The notes below the pieces were generated by a model that saw only the letters and a program-made list of their open reading frames with translations, had not been told where the DNA came from and made no database searches. From Styela clava (lineage: Eukaryota): DNA of 64,000 nucleotides. The stretch spans positions 19,468,001-19,532,000 of the forward strand of contig NC_135254.1 of NCBI RefSeq assembly GCF_964204865.1, read 5' to 3'. A program made the translations under genes and the position numbers. Of the stretch, positions 55,901 to 64,000 are shown in pieces (position 1 is the first letter of the stretch; every line of letters begins with the position of its first letter).

Positions 55901-57643
55901 ATGATATAAATATGTTCCACACCACCAAGTGAGTTTGCTTTTTCCAGTATTCACTGGAATTTCTTCACAAAATGTTCAGGGCTTGATGCCAGACTTTGAG
56001 CAAACTTAGTATAGAATAGGATTTACATATTTGTCCTGGGAGAGAGAATAACCGATAAAACACCTTAATCATATGGTGAAACGCAGCCTCTCGTCCGGTT
56101 ACCAGTCCATGTCGGGTATGAGAATAGTTAGCCAGTTATTTGTTTCGAATATGTGGACTTAATGGTGGAGAAAACGTAAACCACCCTCCGTAAACTTGCA
56201 TTTAAAATATCAAAAACATTTTAGGATTAAGGTTCGAACATATTTATATTGTAGGGATATCGATGCAGTGATGCAACCAATGGGATCTAACAACTTTACA
56301 GGTACAGACATTAACAAAAGCTATCAAGTTGTCACATTGGTATTGACCTTGAGTGCACTAGCAATTTTCTTGATGTTTATATTGTGGATTGCAGTGAAGA
56401 GATGCAATTCAAAAACAGGTAATCACCACTAAAGGATCAGATATATCAACAAATATATCTTCAGATTGTTCATACCAGGGTACTCCCGTAGTGTGCGTGT
56501 ACCAGGTTAGAGTTAGGCCATAATTAGATTCCGATTTTGGCCCATGGGTTTCAGTTCCTTTACACAACTTGATGTAAAGTTGGCGAACAAAATTAGTTAC
56601 CTCCATATTGGTACACACGCTACTGGAGTGCCCATACCAGTGTGGTAATGTCTTGTCTGTCTATTTACACAGTGACAATTGTCACAGAACCAGACAATGA
56701 CATGAAGAATAAAGTGTTTCCATGTTTATTGAATAAGTGATTATATGAAATAAAAGCTGGAAAAGTATGGAACTTGAACTAAAAATTTCCCAGTTTGACA
56801 TGGTTTACTCGATTTTTATACCTTGATATGTTGGGCAATCCAAGTATCAGAAAAACAATTCGCCAAATAACTTCTGATAATGATAATAATTTCTGACTAA
56901 CTACTAACTACAAATTAGTACTTTAATAAGAATAATCACAATGTTTCATATGTCTAATACTTTTTACGTTTTTCTACTTTGTTTAAGTACAAACAAATCA
57001 GAAGGAAGTTCTTTTTCTTGAAAAGACAAACAACATGAATTCACTGCACTCACTGGCATCACAGTGGCTTGTCTCAGAAATCAAATCACAAGGTCATGTC
57101 AAAGTAACATACAGCAAATGGGAAATGCTACAACTTGTAGAAAGTCCTATGCTATGGATGAATGATAAAATAGGAAAAGCTGATATCATTGTTCTTCTTT
57201 TTGCTTCAACTGACACTCAGACATTGCCTAAATCGTTCAGAGTCTTGAATGATAAACCAAGTTCAAGCAAAAATATGGATAATTGGCTAGAAAAAAAATT
57301 CTATGAAATATCCGCTGCAAAACATCAAAAAAGAAAGTTCTATCAGGCATCGTTTTCTGACAACAACAACATCTCTTACCAGACTGCAACAATGAAAACA
57401 TATTATTTGATGGAAGATTTAAAAGAGTTCTATACTGCTATCTGTGGAGGTCAAGAATATTCCTTAATCCTGGACAAGACCCATAAATTGTACAAGTTGA
57501 GTGAAACTATAAAAAAATCTCAAAATCATGTCATTCACAATGAAGATAGCGGGATACCCAACTTTACAGATCTAAAAAATGAAAGTAGCCTGATACAAAA
57601 TAATGGAAGTGGAGCAAGAAGAAAAACAATTACAATCAAATGA
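49991..57643 (+). CDS. IL-17 receptor-like gene G
   Basis: Exons 49991-50148 (signal), 51756-51889 (PPKP...IGLRIKWSNT), 52751-52872 (NYIKGYSL...RICFK), 53935-54088 (IEFLY...PGKTYFLELAPNPM...ITIP), 54445-54492 (GCDNERIRKYQGC), 54856-54942, 55277-55330, 56255-56418 (TM), 56988-57643 (KEVLFL...PMLWMNDKIGKADIIVLLF). Confidence 0.86.
53473..53760 (-). mobile_element. tRNA-derived SINE, same family
   Basis: On the - strand TGACGCATCGTGCTAAGCG...GGGTTCGCAAGTTGGAATCC, (CCTAT)n tail, shared GGTTACCAGTC core. Confidence 0.7.
56012..56190 (-). mobile_element. SINE 3' fragment, same family
   Basis: ATAGAATAGGATTTACATATTT...CCTCTCGTCCGGTTACCAGTCC...TAGTTAGCCAGTTATTTGTTT, shared with the 37243 copy. Confidence 0.65.
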
Positions 57644-58366
57644 AGATGAATCTTCGTAATTTCATAAATGGTTTTTCGTTCAAATGATCATCTGATTTAT
57701 TCATATAGGACTCTTGCTGCATAAAATAACCTGCTTAGTGTGTTGTTTAATCTGCTTTTTTTCAAGTGTTAATCCAAAAGGTGTGCTGTGCAATAAATGC
57801 TGTGTGAAAGTGAGACTTATGCTATGTTGTAATCATTGTGGGGTCAATTGAAAGGGAAAGATCGTGAAATCGTTGGTATTAAATACAACGGGAGATGATC
57901 GAAGATTAATTTATAGGTATAAAGGCAATAGGCAAAACCCTTCGTCCAGCGGAATTCTTATTCCAGTTGGTGACATATTGGCAACAACAAAGAGAGATAA
58001 TGTCAGAAATCACGGCCATGGAGCCAAATAAAATTTACAAGATACTTTGTCTTGAAATTCCAAAGCATATAAAAAGCAATGCTGATTACTGGCTCCCAGA
58101 TTGAGGGAATTTCTGATTCAAGCCAATAACTCTGTGAATTCCAGATTTGACCGCAAAGGCTTTTGAGTATGCAAGCCTTGTTTACTTGTATGCCGACAAT
58201 TTCTTATTTTTTGAGTTACGAGCTACGTCAAAAATGCTGCAGAGGTCTGAAAGTCAAATTCATTTTATATTTTACATAATTTTAAAACATATTATTGGTG
58301 TTGGTTTTCAAATAGCTATATACAGGTTGCAAGCCACATCATACCCAAATTGTAATTGCAGTGAAT

Positions 58367-58376
58367 GGGAAATTCC
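58367..58376 (+). promoter_or_regulatory. Consensus NF-kB site between genes G and H
   Basis: GGGAAATTCC; near-consensus GGGAATTTCT at 58105-58114. Confidence 0.35.
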
Positions 58377-59518
58377 TGAAGCGATATATATTGCACACGC
58401 AATAATGCAAAAAATAACGATACTACATCAAATATTCAATGGCTCTAATTTATTAAAAATCAATGCCATAAACAAAACCCATGGGGATGATTAATAAGAT
58501 ATAGGAAATCCAATAATAGATTTCAGGAAGCCAATATTGCTGGTATCCCCACCTCTTCATAAAACATTAGTTACATTACTTAAAGAATAAACATTTTAGC
58601 ACAAGACATGATGATATTATGTTTCCGTAATTCCAATGGATGTTTAGACAATGGATATGTATTAAGTTACACTTTTTATTCTAAAACAAAAAAAGTTTAG
58701 ATGATTGAATGTGGACGAAACTGGCAGGAGCTTGGTAAGGTTATGTTAAAAATTTGAGTTCAATTTTAGAAAAAAAAATTCAGTAATATTAAAATTATGA
58801 CAATGATTTCCTCATATATGACATAATTTCTTAGATGAAGAGATACTCAATCGATATAATCTACAACTACAATGAGATGTGTTTATTTAGTAAGAATATA
58901 AACAGATTACAAACACAGTCAGCTTAAGTTACAGGCTTTACAATGACATACCATTATGTCACCAATGGAAAAGGCCGTTACATTTAGCTTTCTTGATGAT
59001 ATTCATCAAAAGTAAAAGTGGGAATTTATTTTTGAAAGATTTTTTAAATTCAGCATTATCTAGTTCATGTATAGAACCAGTTTTCTACCTTTTTGGAAGC
59101 GGAACCCCAAACTAGCATTCCAGAAGCTCGAGAAACCAAAGTGCAATAGTTTAATTGCAAAATATTGTCTGAATTATGTGAGCTACAAATATATGTAAAA
59201 GCAAACTTTATACATGTAAAACAAATGATCTCCTTAAGCATCTCGATTACATTTAAACGGTATACATATAAATGTATTATTACAGACTCTCAAATTTGGA
59301 AGAAAACTGAGCCCCTGGACTGTATTGGCGGAACTCTAAGGCGCAATAGATTGTTGTTTAACTTTGATTGAAAACAACTTATGTAGAGTATAATACTATT
59401 GGCCATCCATCAACTGATGTAGAGTATAGTACTGATAAGTTGTACGTAAATAAAAAATAAAATTTTTGCAGCTGATGATAATTTAATTTGTGTTTACTCA
59501 AATAGGTTTAGGATAAAA

Positions 59519-62500
59519 ATGGAGCAATATTTCAATACAAGATTATTAGGTTGCATTTGCATATTGCTTCATTTCATACTGTCTACCGTCAAAGCTGAGA
59601 ATATACATCATGAGCATTGTCTTCAATGGTGCATGACAAAGTATAATGTTAAGTGTTCTGAAATAGTGGAATGTGAAGCTCATTATAGTAAGTATTCTTT
59701 TAACTGAAACTAGTTTGTAGTTTCCCAAAGAACTGTTTCATTGATATTTGAATGAAAGCTAATAAGTTTGTCTGCTTTCAGCTACCAAAATGTGGTTTCT
59801 AATAACGTAACATGAAATCAGTCTATGTAATGAATAGTAAATCAGGTCCTGGTATAGTGACTAAATAGTTTTTTGATATTCATTTCAATAAATATTTATT
59901 AAAAGTGAAGATCCCAACATCAGTAGACAGATGGCAAGTGCATTAAAAATATACATGGTGTTAATGAAGTTCTAATTTTTTTTTAAATTGCAAAATGAAT
60001 TCATTGACGGAATATGAAGTTTGTTTGTCTTTATAGGCTTATGAAATTAAGTAAAATATTTAAATAAACACTGACTGAAATTAAACACACATGGTTAAGA
60101 TATATTGAGAAATGGTCTTCATAACAAAATTATAATTGCAACGGGACATCATCAAAAACCTGTTTATGGATGCCCACTGTATATGATAAAATAATTCAAA
60201 GTTTTTGTGATGCAAATGTATACTTGTGACCAGAGCAGAATATTGAAAAGGAGTACAAACAGGGATGCCAAAACAAACTGAATTGTATTTGATATATCGT
60301 AAATAATCTTTTGTTATGTGAATAATAAAGATATCTCTTCATTGAAAAAAATGAGACTTAAAGCCATGGAATCGGTATCTGGTAGGCCCATAAAATCATA
60401 TCTTGAATAAACTTTTAATATCTATAATTTTTTTATATCAATCTTAATATGCATATATTACCGGTAAGTATCATTATATTGTCTTTGAATAGAGCTGAAT
60501 TAAAAATATAATAGAATTGTATATTTACTAACAATAATTAATAATAAATTATTTTGTTTAATCCATTTCTGATATCAATGTTTATAATTGGTGTCCTATT
60601 TTACAGATGAAATAATATTAAAAGAAATAGGGGAGCCTCGTCCCATCGCAAATTACCTTAAGGTCACACCTTATTGCTATGAGCATGACAACAGCAATTA
60701 CAGCCATATTGGTTTGAAAATTTCATGGGAGATTAATGGTAGGTGCAGTAAAAGTATAAGTAATGCAATTCTGATTAGTCATATTATTACACCCGTAGTA
60801 TATGTAACAGGCTTAGTGTTAGGCTTTATTAACACTATTCCGATTTTCCTCAATCTTTCCGCTTAAACTGAGAATATTTTAGTTCTATTACGAGTTCGGG
60901 GACTGTCTGTGTTAGGCAAGTGAATATACCCAAGTACTTCTGGAGCGCCAGCATATGAGTAAATCCACGATTTCAGTTTAAAATATATGAACCTTATAAC
61001 AGACCTAACATTGATTATAAAAGAATCAGAAAATGTAATTGATGTTTTGATTCAATTATCAATTAAGACTTGATGGAATCGCTGTCCTAACCTAATTATA
61101 ATTTTATACAAAATCAAGTTTTTCCTTCCACTATGCAGGTCAGTATATGAGAGATGAGTTGGTGACCGAATTTCATCTGGAAATTCAAGAGTTTGGTGGG
61201 CATAGCACAGTATCCAACTTCAATGTTCGCATCACTCCGAACATGTCAATACCCTTCAACAACTACGTGAGTTACAGTATATAATGGTATAGAAAAGTAT
61301 ATAATCTATAACATTATGAATTTTGTTCAATAAGAATTGTTGAGAGTATTTTTAATATGGCGTAAATATACGTCATTTGCTCTGAACAAAGATCAGTAAA
61401 AGCAGCAACTGGTAGGTGATGGGATACTAAAGTTTGGAAGAACCAGAATTTTTCAGATTCTGCATTGCTTACTCAATTTACTACACTCCGAGTGAGGTGG
61501 TAGGCATGAGACATGAACCTGAGATTGTACCCTGCAATGTCAGCATATTGAAATAGAGATTTTTTTCTTTCAATCATGTGTCATGACATTGATTTAAAGC
61601 AATGAAGCTGCATAAAAAAAATAAAAAAGTGCTGGCTGGATTATCTACTATGAAATCCCTTTTATGAGACAACTTACATTTAACACTAAACAAAGCCTTA
61701 AGGGGGGCAAACATAATTGGCTTATTTATATTCTCACTTATGGCAACTTTTTTGGATTTCTTCCTTACGTGTTGTCTCATGTACTTTAATTTTTTGTACC
61801 ATGGCGGAGTTTTAAGTAAATGCAAACAGCAGTATTTATATTATTTTCAAGATTCATTTTGAGTATTTCTATCTTGGATGGGACAGTGATAATGTGCCAG
61901 AAATATCAGAGAACGTCAACTATACTGTGGAGCTTGATTCATTGCCACTTTTGGTAGAAAAGAAAAATTCGGAAATGAATATCACTCCTCAAACAATTAC
62001 AAGGGAATTTAAAATACCAGGTAACACAACATTAATATTTTGATATTCGAACGAACTATAAGATTTTGTACAGCTTCACGATTGATGTAACAAATTTTCA
62101 GTCCGGGAAACAGATTTTTTTAAAATGGTATCAACCTGATGCTATCATCATTTGAGCGGGATATGGAAATAACATTAGATGAATCAAATTTGGGCTGAAA
62201 ACTGCAAACGAAATCATGTTCAAGAGTCGAGACATTATTTTAAGTCATGAATTTTGTAAAACAGTCGTACTTTACTGAAGATGGTGAACTTCTTGATTAA
62301 TATTTTTTAACTTTTATGCTCATTTCACGACTCCAACTAACAACATATACTGGTTCCAAAGTTCATCAAGTTTGAGTCAGGTTAAATCTTGTTAATTTCA
62401 AAAATATTGGTCATTTTATGACTCTTTCCAGAGAAATTTTATTTATTATATTTTCAATTCAACAAAACAGATTTTTATTTTATTTTTTGATTTCTCATAG

Positions 62501-63195
62501 CAAATTTTCGTAAAATGAATAACTGCACAGCACCCGATGAATCAAGTAAGTCACATTCTTAATGTTTTAAATATTCACAAAAACTTAATCTGAATGAATA
62601 TGTAAAATATGTTAAAAATGTTCACTACCTACTAGTAATACTTATTCAAAATAAAAATATCACGAGTGAACATTGTTGTTATTACAAACTATATCTTCCT
62701 CCAGCCCACTCAGGAATAAGAATTACTGATTTCCATGCCATATTTATCACATGAACACAGTAATAGCAACTTTAATGCTTGCAATGTAACTGCATTCTTT
62801 ATGTAATATAAAACATGATGTTTGATCATATATGTATGATATAATTTTCCAGTTTGGAATTACATTACATAGATTTTTAGAATACAAGAAATATAGCAAT
62901 CAAGTTGCAGAAGAAATTTTAGTTTCAAAAAGGGAATTTTATTTAAAGATCTATATAAAATAACATAGAAAGATAAAAAATAATGAAAAAAGTAATATTT
63001 ATTATAATTATACTTTCTATTACGTAGTTGAACTAGAAAAGGAAGAAACAACAACAATCTCAACAACAACGACAGAGCAAAATGCTGAAATGTTGACAAT
63101 TGTTGTAACAGTTTCAGTCATCTTTGTGATATTGCTAATCGTCGTAATTGTTGGAATCGTTTCATTTTTGTTTCGAAAGGAGAAAGCAGTCCAAA
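59519..63195 (+). CDS. IL-17 receptor-like gene H, partial (SEFIR exon expected beyond the window)
   Basis: Exons 59519-59687 (signal + 4 Cys), 60607-60738 (IGLKISWEIN), 61139-61266, 61852-62020 (IHFEY...YTVELDSLPL...FKIP), 62501-62545, 63028-63195 (Thr-rich stalk + TM LTIVVTVSVIFVILLIVVIVGIVSFLF). Same exon phases as A-G. Confidence 0.82.
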
Positions 63196-64000
63196 GTAAG
63201 TAGCTATTAATCTCACGATTCAGAATTCAACTATACACAAAGTCTTCTTCTGTCATTCTTTGTCTGATAAGTTCGGTGGCATAGTGGCTTAAACATTAGG
63301 CTTAACTATTATAATATGACAGGTTGAAATCTCTGGTTCAATTCCTATACCTACCGCTTCACCCAGAGTGTAATGAATTGTGTATGCATTGTTTAAACTA
63401 AAAGATTCTGGTCCTTTCAAACTACAGTTACCTAGCAGTGACTGCTTGTGCAGAGCCTTGTTAGGAGTAAACGACATATAAATATGTCATAAAAAGTATT
63501 ACCGTGTGCCATCTGCTAGGAGTATACAAATTACCTTGCTCAGGCGACAATCTCATTGGATGAAACTCATTGATTTAATAATAGGTCGTTTTAGGGTGGT
63601 TTACACCGCTGATCAATCTCCAATGAATGGGAATTGGTTAACTGATTTCATACGAGGCATTAACTGGTAAGCGAACAAGACTATGCAAATAAAGAAATAT
63701 CCTCTCTTGAGGCATAATTATGAAATTTTAGATCACTTCAAGTCTTCTTCTAGTTTGGCATCAGAAAAACCTTGAAATCTTTCTACATGCTTAAAATAAT
63801 AATATTCTTTTTCTTTCGCCATGTCATTGCCAGTGTCATCTCGGCATGAATTACTTCAGTCCCCCCCCCCCCCCCCCCCCCAAGCAGCCACTAATATCTG
63901 ACAATTCAAACGAAGCAACTATTACCGAAAAGACTGGAATCTTTCACGTTCGCAATTGCCTACACAATTTGGTAAACACTGTCTTGAGGTAAGAGAATGG

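Noticed and set aside
4840-56190. Strand bias of SINE insertions
   Set aside because: The clear copies are on the - strand, but decayed opposite-orientation copies seem present at ~1590-1780 and ~2270-2420, and the numbers are too small.
16203-57643. Toll-like or IL-1 receptor (TIR) assignment
   Set aside because: No LRR or Ig ectodomain; the ectodomain motifs and the I...G...W...AD.V pattern fit IL17R/SEFIR better.
58147-58494. 115-aa ORF between genes G and H (similarly 27779-28135 and 28225-28536)
   Set aside because: No homology cues, non-ATG start or AT-rich random composition, and no supporting splice structure.

Overview
AT-rich, intron-dense animal DNA. Short introns and the repeat types suggest an invertebrate deuterostome, perhaps an ascidian (inference only). 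The window holds three things. (1) The 5' five coding exons of a POT1-like telomere OB-fold gene (- strand, 120-3190). (2) The last eight exons of a MROH1/maestro HEAT-repeat gene (- strand, 8342-13346); I could not find its next upstream exon anywhere in the window. (3) From 14.3 kb to the end, a head-to-tail + strand array of at least eight highly diverged IL-17-receptor-like genes, called A-H here, apparently nested antisense in one >50 kb MROH1 intron. Assembled by hand from GT-AG exons, each encodes a signal peptide, usually a small Cys cap, ONE IL17R-type FnIII domain (D1; no D2), a variable stalk, one TM helix and a divergent SEFIR domain in a single last exon (H's last exon lies beyond the window). 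Tails share short motifs (GARP[KR], PSxE[CS]N), and two paralogs have built-in routes to secreted isoforms. tRNA-derived SINEs, hAT and Tc1/pogo-type MITEs and local tandem duplications fill the introns. Exon boundaries were read by eye and may be off by a few bases; family calls come from recognised motifs, not database searches.
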